Origin: Candidatus Methanomethylicia archaeon
GTDB lineage: Archaea; Thermoproteota; Methanomethylicia; Culexarchaeales; Culexarchaeaceae
DNA: 64,000 nt
Assembly (NCBI GenBank): GCA_038727515.1
Contig: JAVYVS010000001.1
Coordinates: forward strand, 465,964-529,963
Reading direction: 5' to 3'
A model generated the notes under the pieces. It was given only the letters and a program-made list of their open reading frames with translations. It ran no database searches and was not told where the DNA came from. The first letter of the stretch is position 1. Each line of letters opens with the position of its first letter. Shown piece by piece: positions 39,399-49,696 of this stretch. The translations under genes were made by a program, and so were the position numbers.

Positions 39399-40094
39399 AT
39401 GAAAGGAGAATATTTATCTGAAAAGAAAAGGAGAAAAATAAAAAGTATAGTTGATGAGCACAGTAAAAAAGTTGTATTAATATCAATACTAACAATCTTG
39501 TTATTCTCATACATAAATCTACAAATAGTAAAAGCTGCAGAACCATTCCAAGATGATGAAATAAATAGCTACATAGGAAAAGAAGTAATTATTGAAGAAC
39601 TCCACCAACTTGTAATATTGATTGAAACAAAATACCCAAAACATAGCTTCTTAATAAAGTTTAAAATAGTTGATGCAGAAATTAAATGGATAGAAGATGC
39701 AAAAGGACGTACTAAGATTGAACTTAAACTTAAAAGAGTAATTATCGCAGAAATTCTAGATTATGGTGAAAAAAGTTCCGTTCAACCTCAATGGCAATAT
39801 CATTACGAAGTAACATTATCACCAGGTTATGCTGCAATGCATGTACGCCATTATATTCAAGGCCTCGCAATCTTCGATAGTCTTACATATTGGAATATTA
39901 TAAACAATTCTAATGATTATGCCTATATTGGTATAGGATTATGGAACTGGAATGAGTGGAGAGGAATATACGACATTTATAATGAGACACCAGCTTGGGA
40001 TATTAGTTACACATGGTCTTATCCAGCATATTATAGCCACTACACATGGAATCTATCATGGAGTACCATACATGCAAATGTATACTATGATTGA
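39399..40094 (+). CDS. secreted/membrane-anchored hypothetical protein with a Trp/Tyr-rich C-terminus
   Basis: An N-terminal hydrophobic anchor (VVLISILTILLFSYINL) and an aromatic-rich C-terminal third. No recognisable domain. Confidence 0.35.
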   Translation: MKGEYLSEKKRRKIKSIVDEHSKKVVLISILTILLFSYINLQIVKAAEPFQDDEINSYIGKEVIIEELHQLVILIETKYPKHSFLIKFKIVDAEIKWIEDAKGRTKIELKLKRVIIAEILDYGEKSSVQPQWQYHYEVTLSPGYAAMHVRHYIQGLAIFDSLTYWNIINNSNDYAYIGIGLWNWNEWRGIYDIYNETPAWDISYTWSYPAYYSHYTWNLSWSTIHANVYYD

Positions 40095-40141
40095 TATTAT
40101 GAATAAAATTGGAGTTTAACTTGATAAAACGTTAAACTATT

Positions 40142-40873
40142 TTACCCTTCCAAATTCTTTACGAACTCTTCCACCGATACACCCCAAACCCTTAAATGCT
40201 CAGGCCAAAGTTTCTTCCTCGCTTCTTCACTAAGATTCTTAACATATTCACTCCAATAATCCCATGAATAAAGTTTATCATTAACCACCTTGAGTGCAAA
40301 CAAACCATTTGAATCGTAGGTGTTTGAAAGTAGAAGTATTGGTTTTATTTTCGATGCTGGATCGCGGGAAAGCCTTTCAGTTGTTGGATCATAAATTATT
40401 TTACCCATAAATAATAACCATTTTTCACCTGGTTTAAAGAGTGGTAACACATCTAAATGGATAAATCTATCCCATTTTGGATTATAACCACCTATTTGAT
40501 ATAACCATATCTCATCACTTTCTATGGAACCTTTAATAACCTTAACAACCCTAGCCTTATATAAAGTAAATATATGCTCATATTCACGCATATAATAGCT
40601 TATAAGTTGTTTATCTATTTCAACAATAGCAATAAGGTCACTCCTATCAAAGAGATTCTTATAACTTTCACTAACAATAAGACGCCAAGCCAGTTCTGTC
40701 AAAGCTATATTTATTTTTGATTCATCAACTTCATTAAAATAATGAATTTCAATAGGCGGTTTATATTCACCAATTTCATTAATATTAATAAGTGATGTGG
40801 AATACACTAATATTGGTACTAGAGACATAAACGAAGAGGATATTAATAAAATACGTAAATGCTTTAAATACAT
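40142..40873 (-). CDS. secreted hypothetical protein
   Basis: An N-terminal signal-like segment (LRILLISSSFMSLVPILVYS). No recognisable domain. Confidence 0.35.
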   Translation of the reverse strand: MYLKHLRILLISSSFMSLVPILVYSTSLININEIGEYKPPIEIHYFNEVDESKINIALTELAWRLIVSESYKNLFDRSDLIAIVEIDKQLISYYMREYEHIFTLYKARVVKVIKGSIESDEIWLYQIGGYNPKWDRFIHLDVLPLFKPGEKWLLFMGKIIYDPTTERLSRDPASKIKPILLLSNTYDSNGLFALKVVNDKLYSWDYWSEYVKNLSEEARKKLWPEHLRVWGVSVEEFVKNLEG

Positions 40874-41342
40874 GATGACCCACCAACCAAAAGGTTCATA
40901 TGATTTACATTAATTACGATACTATTATTGAAATACATAAATAAAGGAAGCATTTCTACCATAATAAAATTACATTGATCTTATATGTATAGTGCTTAAA
41001 AGGAAGTTATTTGTTGATTATTTTGATGTAAGTTTATTGAAAGAATTACTCTTAAAAGCCTTAAAATTCTTCATATTTTGTAATTTTTTAATATCAATTT
41101 AATAGTTTTTCATGTAAAAGTGAAAAAGATGATGTTTATACTTTAAAGGATGACATTTATGCCATTTGTTATGTAAAATTAGAAGTGGTTAAACTGAAAA
41201 TCAAATTCAATTTAAAAGATGAAATGTAGAGATATCTTGAAAAGAAATGGTAATAGAGATTTGATGACTTGTTGAATTGATATACATAGAATACTTGAAT
41301 AAAATAATTCATAAAGATACTTTAAAAATTATTATGTTAATC

Positions 41343-41921
41343 CTATGTGTTGAGACTTAGGTAACCTTCAATTATTATTATTGATCCGAGTATGATAAAT
41401 GTAAGTGAAGATATGATTTTGAGATACTTCTTTGGGATTAAGCTTAAGCATTTACTGCCGAAAATTACGCTTATGCCAGTTATTATGATGAATGCTAACA
41501 TTACTCCACATAGTACGGTTATGGGATTATTGAATGTAGCTGCCATAAGTATTGAGGTTAGTTGAGTTTTATCACCCAACTCCATCAATGAAATCAAGAT
41601 AAAAGTATTCATAAAGGAGGCCGTACTATCTTTGAAAAGCATGTTATCATCCTTTTCCCGAAAAGAAAGTACACCAAATACAATGAAAACTAAACCACAA
41701 ATTATACTAACTATTGAGTGAGGTATAAAGTTTAAGAGGCTCCCACCAACCAAAGCACTTAAACCATCAACCACAAAAAACGCAGAGATAGCACCTAAAA
41801 ACACTTTAATCACTGGCTTGTTTGAAGACAATATGATTGTACATATCTGTGTTTTATCGCCTAACTCAGCCAAGAAAATAAGCATGAAAGATGTGAAAAG
41901 CGGCGTCCAATCAATATTCAT
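41343..41921 (-). CDS. UPF0016 (GDT1/TMEM165) family Ca2+/Mn2+:H+ antiporter
   Basis: Two copies of the E-x-G-D-K-T motif (AELGDKTQ and MELGDKTQ) within two 3-TM repeats. Confidence 0.8.
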   Translation of the reverse strand: MNIDWTPLFTSFMLIFLAELGDKTQICTIILSSNKPVIKVFLGAISAFFVVDGLSALVGGSLLNFIPHSIVSIICGLVFIVFGVLSFREKDDNMLFKDSTASFMNTFILISLMELGDKTQLTSILMAATFNNPITVLCGVMLAFIIITGISVIFGSKCLSLIPKKYLKIISSLTFIILGSIIIIEGYLSLNT

Positions 41922-42171
41922 AAAACCACTTCTATACTTCTATAAAGTATATTTTACTGAATATTTAACATTAATTATCTGGAGAATTACTTTGTTAATT
42001 TCTGTTAAGCCTTTACTTTCCCAGTTAGGCTGGTCACATAAATAGTTTGGATTTTCACTATGAACACCAATTCAGCTAGGATGATGGAAGATGTGAAGAA
42101 CGGTATTAAGTCTAAATCCATAATTCAAAGCATAGATAGAAAGCTATTAAACTTTATTAACCCTATTAATA

Positions 42172-42663
42172 TTGGTGAATATTATGATTAAAATTCTAGT
42201 CTTATACTATTCCAGAACTGGTAACGTTGAAACTTTAGCTCGAGCAGTAGCTGAGGGAGCCAAAAGTGTTGAAAACGTAGTAGTAGATGTAAAACGCGTA
42301 GATTATGCAACCATTGAAGACTTAATTTCATGTGATGGAGTTGCTGTGGGTTCCCCAAACTATTTCGGTTACATGGCAGGTATAATGAAAGATTTCTTCG
42401 ATAAAGCATGGAGTGTTAGAGATAAACTTACTGGAAAACCCTTTATTGCTTTCACCTGTGGAGGAAGTTCAAGAAATACAGCGCTTTTGAGCATTGAACA
42501 AGTTTTACAAGCTTTCAAAATGGAGAAAGTTGCTGAGGGAATTGCCTGGGGGCTTAGAGATCATGGAATACCAGCTGAAAAAGATTTATCTGAATTAAGA
42601 AAACTTGGAGAGAAATTAGCTATGGAAGTTAAAAGGAGGAAAACTGAGGTTCCAAAAGCCTAA
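42172..42663 (+). CDS. flavodoxin-like fold protein (FMN-dependent NAD(P)H oxidoreductase/flavodoxin family)
   Basis: ILVLYYSRTGNVETLA is an FMN-binding T/SxTGNT-like loop. Length 163 aa. Confidence 0.6.
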   Translation: MVNIMIKILVLYYSRTGNVETLARAVAEGAKSVENVVVDVKRVDYATIEDLISCDGVAVGSPNYFGYMAGIMKDFFDKAWSVRDKLTGKPFIAFTCGGSSRNTALLSIEQVLQAFKMEKVAEGIAWGLRDHGIPAEKDLSELRKLGEKLAMEVKRRKTEVPKA

Positions 42664-42695
42664 CTAATTAACTAACATTTATTGGTGGGAGAGTA

Positions 42696-43853
42696 TTGAA
42701 TGAGAATATAGTTAGTGAAAAAGATGTTGAAGAGATCTTAAGTGAAATAAAGGAGTTTATAAAAACCAGTAGCATTGTGGGCAGTGAACTTGAAGGTTCA
42801 AAATTCATATATGATTTAATGATTAAATGGGGTTTTAAACCAGAAATCCAGTTTGTTGAGAAAGATAGATTTAACGTTATATGTAAAGTTGGTAATGGGA
42901 ATGGTAATAAGTTATTATTGAATGGACATATAGATACGGTTCCACCAGCTGCCAATTGGAGTAGAAATCCATTTCAACCTGTTATTGAAAATGGAAAGCT
43001 GTATGGTTTAGGGGCAATAGACATGAAATCTGGATTAATAACATTATTGTATAGTTTGAGGAGGTTTCTAGAATTATATGAAGACGAATTTAACGGTGAA
43101 ATAATATATTCAGCAGTTATTGATGAAGAAGGACATTCCAAGGGTGCTAAAAACCTAATTTCATATGTAGTGTATGATTCAGCAATAATAGGAGAACCAT
43201 ATGATGGAATTGAAAATGAAGTAGTTATTGGTGAAACTGGAAAGATATTGTTGGAGTTGGAATGCATAGGTAAAGCTGCTCACGCCTTTAGACCCTGGAA
43301 AGGAATAAATGCAATAGAAGAAGCAGCAAAATTAATACTTGAAATTGTTAAAGAAGGAGCTATTGAAGATGAAAGGTTTGGTAGACTGCAACCTACAGTA
43401 TTGAAAATTGAGGGGGGATATAAGGTATATAATGTTACAGTTCCAGAGAAATGCGTAGTTGAAATCAATTTTCTAACAAAACCAGAACAAACAGATGAAT
43501 ACTTCATGAATTGGATTAAGGAAATTGCAAAGAAAATTTATTTAAAGGGAGAGGTAAATGTGAAGGTTAAAGAGCCTAGATATTATGGTTATATTACGAG
43601 TGAAGATAGTGATATAGTTTTAGCTTTTAAAAAAGCTTTTGAAGAAGAATATGGGTTTAAGCCTAAAATTGGTTTTAAAGCAACAATAACTGATGGAAAT
43701 ATAATAGCTATGAGTGGAAGAAAACCATTAATAGTTTATGGTTTGAAGGGAGGAAATGCTCATATGGCAAATGAATACTTAGAAATAAGCTCTATAAGTA
43801 AAACATGCAACATATATGTTAAGACTATGAAAAATTATTTCAACATAAATTAA
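42696..43853 (+). CDS. M20-family metallopeptidase (ArgE/DapE/carboxypeptidase G2-like), TTG start
   Basis: LLLNGHIDTVPP (a metal-binding His/Asp motif), a dimerisation-domain insertion and a GGGxxHMANE-like C-terminus. Shine-Dalgarno GGTGGGA upstream. Confidence 0.8.
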   Translation: MNENIVSEKDVEEILSEIKEFIKTSSIVGSELEGSKFIYDLMIKWGFKPEIQFVEKDRFNVICKVGNGNGNKLLLNGHIDTVPPAANWSRNPFQPVIENGKLYGLGAIDMKSGLITLLYSLRRFLELYEDEFNGEIIYSAVIDEEGHSKGAKNLISYVVYDSAIIGEPYDGIENEVVIGETGKILLELECIGKAAHAFRPWKGINAIEEAAKLILEIVKEGAIEDERFGRLQPTVLKIEGGYKVYNVTVPEKCVVEINFLTKPEQTDEYFMNWIKEIAKKIYLKGEVNVKVKEPRYYGYITSEDSDIVLAFKKAFEEEYGFKPKIGFKATITDGNIIAMSGRKPLIVYGLKGGNAHMANEYLEISSISKTCNIYVKTMKNYFNIN

Positions 43854-43867
43854 TATCGGATACTTGG

Positions 43868-44179
43868 ATGGTGTATTCAATGGTAATAGTGGAATTTAGC
43901 ATAATACCAATAGGAGTAGGAACAAGTATAAGTGAACATATAAGTAAAGCAATAAAGGTTTTAGAAGCAAGAAAGGTTAAATATCAACTAACTGCTATGG
44001 GAACAATATTTGAAGTTGAAAGTTTAAGTGAAGCATTAGAGATAATATTAGAAGCACATGAAGCAGTTATAAAAGCTGGAGCTTTAAGAGTTATAACTAA
44101 CATAAAGATTGATGATAGGAGAGATAAAAAGACTTCAATGGAAGATAAAGTTAAGTCAGTAATGGAAAAACTAAGGTGA
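43868..44179 (+). CDS. MTH1187/YkoF-family (DUF77) small protein
   Basis: IVEFSIIPIGVGTSISEHISKAIKVLEARKVKYQLTAMGTIFEVES fits the MTH1187 thiamin-binding-like ferredoxin-fold family. About 100 aa. Confidence 0.7.
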   Translation: MVYSMVIVEFSIIPIGVGTSISEHISKAIKVLEARKVKYQLTAMGTIFEVESLSEALEIILEAHEAVIKAGALRVITNIKIDDRRDKKTSMEDKVKSVMEKLR

Positions 44180-44799
44180 ATTATTTGAAAATAAAAGTAG
44201 ATTTACATATACATTCAAATAATTCCCCAGATAGTAGATTAAGCATTGAAGAAATTTTGGATTACTATTACAGAAATGGTTTCAAAGCTATAGCAATAAC
44301 AGATCATGAAACAATGAGTGGAGTTGTAAAAGCAAGAAATATGTGTATTGAAAAGGGTATGGAAATGCTAATAATACCTGGAGTTGAAGTGGAAACCCCA
44401 CATGGGGAGATGGTGATGTTATTACCAGTAGAAGTTAATGATGTACCACGTGAAATTATGGAATTAATGGATTTCTCTAAGGAAATGGGTGGATTCATTT
44501 ACGTACCACATCCTTTTGCAAACACTCGAAACAGTTTAAAGGAGAAAGTATTTGAAATCAAAGAAATAGATGCCATAGAAGTATTAAATGGTAGGATCAG
44601 TTGGGAGTGGAATGAAGAAGCATTTAATGCAGCGAGAATTTTGGGGAAACCGGGAATAGCAAATAGTGATGCACATAGTAAATTAGACCTTGGAGTGGCA
44701 TACACCATAATAGATGTAAATGAGATAAGCATAGAGGGAGTATTTTCAGCCATAAGAAATAATAAAATTATGAAAATAATTGGAAAGAAGGTTTGGTGA
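44176..44799 (+). CDS. PHP-domain metal-dependent phosphoesterase
   Basis: VDLHIHSNNSPDS...AITDHE is the PHP motif I/II pattern. The GTG start overlaps the upstream stop by 4 bp. Confidence 0.75.
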   Translation: MNYLKIKVDLHIHSNNSPDSRLSIEEILDYYYRNGFKAIAITDHETMSGVVKARNMCIEKGMEMLIIPGVEVETPHGEMVMLLPVEVNDVPREIMELMDFSKEMGGFIYVPHPFANTRNSLKEKVFEIKEIDAIEVLNGRISWEWNEEAFNAARILGKPGIANSDAHSKLDLGVAYTIIDVNEISIEGVFSAIRNNKIMKIIGKKVW

Positions 44800-44800
44800 A

Positions 44801-45421
44801 ATGGGGTTAATTGAATGGGCAATTAATGCATTAAAGAATATGGGAGCTTATGGAGTATTTATAGGAGTAGTATTAGAAAATATAGTTACATTAATACCAT
44901 CAGCATTAGTACCATTAATGGCTGGAGCAACATTAATACCATCAGACTTAAAATATATAGATGCTATAACCACAATACTAGTAAATATAGGATTGGTTGG
45001 AGCATTAGCATCAACAATAAGTACAATACCACTATACATTTTAGGTTATATTGGAGGTAAAAATTTCATAAATAAGTATGGAAGGTATATAGGGGTATCA
45101 TGGAGTGAAATTGAAAAAGCGAAAAATAGAATTGAAGGTAAAAATGATTTCATAATAGTATTACTAAGAATAATACCAATAATACCAATATCCCCAGTCT
45201 CCATAGCCTTAGGAATAATTAGGTATGAAAGAAAGAGATTCATAGAAACCACATTTATAGGAACTCTACCAAGATATTTAACCTTAGGATTAATTGGATG
45301 GATGATGAAGGAAGCTATATGGACTATTATAAACATAATGGAAACTGCAGAAACAATAATAATCATAGCAACACTGATATTAGTATTTGCATATATAGTC
45401 TTAAAAGAATACCTCAAATAA
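44801..45421 (+). CDS. DedA/SNARE-associated (PF09335) family membrane protein
   Basis: GVFIGVVLENIVTLIPSALV and GKNFINKYGRYIGVSWSEIEKA are typical DedA segments. The ATG at 44801 is preferred over the ORF-track TTG at 44780, which overlaps the PHP gene. Confidence 0.7.
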   Translation: MGLIEWAINALKNMGAYGVFIGVVLENIVTLIPSALVPLMAGATLIPSDLKYIDAITTILVNIGLVGALASTISTIPLYILGYIGGKNFINKYGRYIGVSWSEIEKAKNRIEGKNDFIIVLLRIIPIIPISPVSIALGIIRYERKRFIETTFIGTLPRYLTLGLIGWMMKEAIWTIINIMETAETIIIIATLILVFAYIVLKEYLK

Positions 45422-45590
45422 AGAGTTTTGAAGTAAGAATAGAGTAAAAAAATTCTTAAATTTTAAGTGCCCACTTTACTCTCCTAATAAATCTATTAAT
45501 ACGAGTATATTCCAACATCATATATACAATAATAGTTTAAACATTGATTTCATAATTTATCATCTTATCAGAACATATTTAAGTAGTATA

Positions 45591-46370
45591 ATGGAGAATA
45601 ATGGTATTAGGCGATTGCTTATGGTTGAAATTAAGTTGGAGAATATGAGTTGGATGGAGGTTAAAGAAGCTTTGGAAAATGGTTTTGATACTGTTATAAT
45701 TCCCATTGGTTCTATAGAGCAGCATGGTCCTCATTTACCACTTGGAACTGATACTTTTATTGGTGAAGTATTGGCTGTTAGAATTGCTGAAAAACTTGGA
45801 AAAACACTTGTAGCTCCAGCAATAACCCCTGGATGTTCACAGCATCATATGGGATTCCTTGGAACATTAACATTTAAACCTGAAACTTTAATGCGAATTA
45901 TAAGGGATATATGTACATGTTTAGCTAAACATGGATTTAAAAAGATAATACTACTTCCAACCCATGGAGGAAATTTTGCTCCAGTTAAAACAGTTATTAT
46001 GGAACTCGCATTAGAACTCAAAGATGTAAAGATAATTTCACCATTAGAACTTGAAGAATTTATTAGAGTTACCAATTCCATAATGGCTGAATATGGAGTT
46101 TCATTTAGAGAAGCTGGTTCTCATGCTGGTGCAACAGAAACATCATTAATGTTAGCTATAAGAAATGAACTTGTTAGAATGGATAAAGTTGTTGAAGGTT
46201 ATACTGGAGATTATACAACTTCACAATTATATTCCCATGGGATTAAAGCAATAAGTGAAATTGGTATTTTAGGGGATCCTAGGAAAGCTAATGAAGAAGC
46301 TGGAAAAAGAATCTTAGAGAAACTTGTAGAATATTATGTGGAAAAGATTAAGAGGGAATTTAAAGATTAA
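45591..46370 (+). CDS. creatininase-family amidohydrolase (creatinine amidohydrolase/ArfB/MftE-like)
   Basis: IIPIGSIEQHGPHLPLGTD is the creatininase-family metal-binding motif. Confidence 0.75.
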   Translation: MENNGIRRLLMVEIKLENMSWMEVKEALENGFDTVIIPIGSIEQHGPHLPLGTDTFIGEVLAVRIAEKLGKTLVAPAITPGCSQHHMGFLGTLTFKPETLMRIIRDICTCLAKHGFKKIILLPTHGGNFAPVKTVIMELALELKDVKIISPLELEEFIRVTNSIMAEYGVSFREAGSHAGATETSLMLAIRNELVRMDKVVEGYTGDYTTSQLYSHGIKAISEIGILGDPRKANEEAGKRILEKLVEYYVEKIKREFKD

Positions 46371-46469
46371 AATCTTAAAATTGTTTTAAATATTTGTTGG
46401 TATTTTAGAAATCCTTAATCGAAAACATTATTTAAAATTGAATGTAAATATATTATTTCTGATGAAGTT

Positions 46470-47777
46470 ATGAGTTATATTGGATCATATTTAGTATCTA
46501 CAAAATATAATGATACAGTTTTCACAATTGGTGTACCACAAGTATTTAAGTTTGGTTTGGGAGTTTCAAAGGAAGCTGGATATGAAGCGAAAAAGCTTGG
46601 ACTAAAAAGTATTTTGATGGTTGTAGATAAAAGGGTTGCTGAAACAAAAACTTTTGAGGAAGTAAAGGCTTCTGTGGAAGATGAAGGAATAAAAGTTTAT
46701 GTTACAACACATATACACTATGAACCAACAGATACAGCTATTATAGAAGCATATAAAGAGGTAAAAGAATTACAGATTGATGGCTTCTTAGCTTTAGGTG
46801 GAGGATCAACAATAGATACAGCAAAAGCATTAAACCTATTGTATTGCTATCCAGCTGATATAATGGATTATGTTAGTAAACCCATAGGTAAAGGTATGCC
46901 CCCACCAGGGCCATTAAAACCTTTAATTGCAATACCCACTACTGCTGGAACTGGTAGTGAAACAACTCCAACAATAGTTTTAGATATTGAAAAATTAAAA
47001 CTTAAAACTGGAATAAGACATGCATATATAAGACCAACAGTGGCATTAGTAGATCCATTAACAACTATTACTATGCCTCCAATGGTAACAGCATCTTCAG
47101 CCCTAGATGTATTAACACATGCAGCAGAATCTCTCACAGCACATCCATATACCGCTAGACCAGCAGTTAAAAACCCTGAGGAGAGACCAGTATATGTTGG
47201 TGCAACCCCAATAGGAGATATATTTGCTATAGAAGCAATTAAATGGGTTAATAAATACATTAGGAGAGCATATGCAAATCCATATGATATGGAAGCAAGA
47301 TATTATCTAGCTTTAGGAGCAAGTATCGCTGGAATAGGATTTGGACATGCAGGAGTACATGTACCACACTCCATGGCATACCCAATAGCGGGAAAAATTA
47401 AGAAATGGCATCCACCAGACTATGAATTTGGATATCCAATAGTGCCACATGGAATAGCAGTAACTATACCTGCACCTTACGCTTTCAAATACTTAACACC
47501 ATACAATTATGAGAAATTCACTATGTTTATGAAGGCGGTTGGACTTGATGTAGAAGGTTTAACTATAAGAGAATTAGGGGAAGTAATATATGAATACTTA
47601 ATTGAACTACTTGAAGATCTAAAGATACCTACCACATTAAGGGAAATAGGGTTTGGAAAAGAAGATTTAAATGATTTAGTAGAGGGGACAATGGCTCAAC
47701 AGGGATTACTTGCAAGAGCACCAAAGACGATAACAAAAGAAGATATAGAAAAGATATTCTTAGAAATGATTGAATAA
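46470..47777 (+). CDS. iron-containing (group III) alcohol dehydrogenase
   Basis: The GGGSTIDTAKA NAD-binding motif and His-rich metal site (HAGVHVPHS) are present. Length 435 aa. Confidence 0.8.
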   Translation: MSYIGSYLVSTKYNDTVFTIGVPQVFKFGLGVSKEAGYEAKKLGLKSILMVVDKRVAETKTFEEVKASVEDEGIKVYVTTHIHYEPTDTAIIEAYKEVKELQIDGFLALGGGSTIDTAKALNLLYCYPADIMDYVSKPIGKGMPPPGPLKPLIAIPTTAGTGSETTPTIVLDIEKLKLKTGIRHAYIRPTVALVDPLTTITMPPMVTASSALDVLTHAAESLTAHPYTARPAVKNPEERPVYVGATPIGDIFAIEAIKWVNKYIRRAYANPYDMEARYYLALGASIAGIGFGHAGVHVPHSMAYPIAGKIKKWHPPDYEFGYPIVPHGIAVTIPAPYAFKYLTPYNYEKFTMFMKAVGLDVEGLTIRELGEVIYEYLIELLEDLKIPTTLREIGFGKEDLNDLVEGTMAQQGLLARAPKTITKEDIEKIFLEMIE

Positions 47778-47821
47778 TCTTATCTACCCCCTTTTTCCAT
47801 ACAAATTAAAGGCGAAGGATA

Positions 47822-49696
47822 ATGAAATATGGATATCATGGGAGAATATTAAGGGTAAATCTCTCAACAAGAGAAATAAAAGTAGAAGAAGTCCCGGAAG
47901 AAATTTTCCGAATGTATCTTGGTGGAAGAGGATTAGGAGCATACATATTATTCAAAGAACTAAAACCGAAAATAGATCCACTTTTACCAGAAAATAAATT
48001 GATTTTCGCTGTAAGCATTATAACTGGAGCGCCGATTCCAGGGGTAAATAGGATAAGTGTAGTATCAAAATCACCTCTAACAAATACATATGGAGAAGCT
48101 GAAGCTGGAGGCTTCTTTGCTCCAGAATTAAAATTCTCTGGATTTGAAGCTATAGTTATTGAAGGGAAGGCAGAAGAACCAGTATATCTTTGGGTGAAAG
48201 ATGGAAATGCAGAACTTAGAAATGCAAATCACATTTGGGGTAAAACAGTAAAGGAAACAATAGAAAACATTAAAAGTGAATTAAAGGAGCCTAGAGCAAG
48301 AGTAGCATGCATAGGCCCGGCAGGAGAGAAAATTGTGAAATTTGCAAATATAATGTTTGATAATAGGTATGCAGCTGGTAGAAGTGGACTTGGAGCAGTA
48401 ATGGGATCTAAAAATTTGAAGGCTATAGCAGTAAAGGGAAGTTTAAAGCCGAATTTCTATGATATTAGAAAACTCACAGAAATAATGAAGTGGTTTAATG
48501 AAACTTGGAAAACATATCCTGGAAGTGTTTCTAGACATAAATATGGAACTTCAGAAGTAGTTTTACCATTAAATAGAGATGGAACACTTCCAACATTAAA
48601 CTTTAAAGGAGGATCATTTGAAAAAGCAGAGGATATAAGCGGTGAAAAAATATGCAATACAATATTAATTGGGAGGGAGGGATGTTTTGCATGTCCAATA
48701 ACATGTAAACTTATTGTTAAAGCAAAAGAACCCTATGAAACAGATCCATCATATGGAGGACCAGAATATGAGACTATAGCGGCATTTGGATCACTATGTG
48801 GAATCAGCGATATAAATGCAATAGCATATGCAAATCAAATATGTAATGCATATGGAGTAGACACCATAAGTGCAGGTGTAGTAATAGCATATGCTATGGA
48901 GTGTTTTGAAAATGGTTTAATAAATGAGAGAGATACTGATGGATTGAAAATTAAATTTGGAGATTCAGAAGCAATGATAAAATTGTTGATGAAAATAGTG
49001 AATAGAGAAGGATTTGGAGATATTCTAGCAGAAGGAGTTAAATTAGCTTCACAAAAAATTAAAGGTTCTGAAAAATTTGCAATACATGTAAAGGGTAAGG
49101 AAATACCTATGCATGAACCACGTGGAAAAGTAGGTGTTGGATTAATGTATGCAATATCCCCACATGGTGCAGACCATATGCAATTCGCCCATGACCCAGT
49201 TTATGAAAGAGAAAGCAATGCACTAAAATCCATTGGAATCACAAAACCAGTAAGTAGATTAAATCTAGGACCAGAAAAAGTTAGAATAGCATATTACTCC
49301 ATGCTTTGGTGGGGACTCCAAGATTGTCTAGGAATATGTAAATTCACATTTATACCACATTCCGCAGGAGTTTTAACACCAAATCATTTAGTGGAAATAG
49401 TTAATGCAGTAACTGGATGGAATACTAGTCTCTGGGAATTAATGAAGTGTAGTGAAAGAGTATTAAACTTAATTAGATGCTTCAATATTAGAGAAGGATT
49501 CACTTCAGAAGAAGATACTCTACCAAAGAGATTCTTTGAAGAAATGGAATTTGGAGGTAGGAAGGGTGCAAAAATAAATGAAGAAGAATTTAGAAATGCA
49601 GTGAAACTATTTTATGAGATGGCTGGATGGGATGAAGATGGAAAGCCTAGAAAAGCAAAATTATATGAGCTAGGGATAGAGTGGGCTTTTCAATGA
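47822..49696 (+). CDS. aor: tungsten-containing aldehyde:ferredoxin oxidoreductase family (AOR/FOR/GAPOR-type)
   Basis: N-terminal YHGRILRVNLST...GGRGLGAYIL, the [4Fe-4S] ligands (REGCFACPITC) and the 624-aa length are characteristic. Confidence 0.9.
   Translation: MKYGYHGRILRVNLSTREIKVEEVPEEIFRMYLGGRGLGAYILFKELKPKIDPLLPENKLIFAVSIITGAPIPGVNRISVVSKSPLTNTYGEAEAGGFFAPELKFSGFEAIVIEGKAEEPVYLWVKDGNAELRNANHIWGKTVKETIENIKSELKEPRARVACIGPAGEKIVKFANIMFDNRYAAGRSGLGAVMGSKNLKAIAVKGSLKPNFYDIRKLTEIMKWFNETWKTYPGSVSRHKYGTSEVVLPLNRDGTLPTLNFKGGSFEKAEDISGEKICNTILIGREGCFACPITCKLIVKAKEPYETDPSYGGPEYETIAAFGSLCGISDINAIAYANQICNAYGVDTISAGVVIAYAMECFENGLINERDTDGLKIKFGDSEAMIKLLMKIVNREGFGDILAEGVKLASQKIKGSEKFAIHVKGKEIPMHEPRGKVGVGLMYAISPHGADHMQFAHDPVYERESNALKSIGITKPVSRLNLGPEKVRIAYYSMLWWGLQDCLGICKFTFIPHSAGVLTPNHLVEIVNAVTGWNTSLWELMKCSERVLNLIRCFNIREGFTSEEDTLPKRFFEEMEFGGRKGAKINEEEFRNAVKLFYEMAGWDEDGKPRKAKLYELGIEWAFQ

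Noticed and set aside
40874-41342. C/D-box sRNA candidates (TGATGA-like boxes near 40873 and 41262).
   Set aside because: No properly spaced D box (CTGA) or C'/D' pairs were found. The first hit overlaps the start codon of the adjacent gene.
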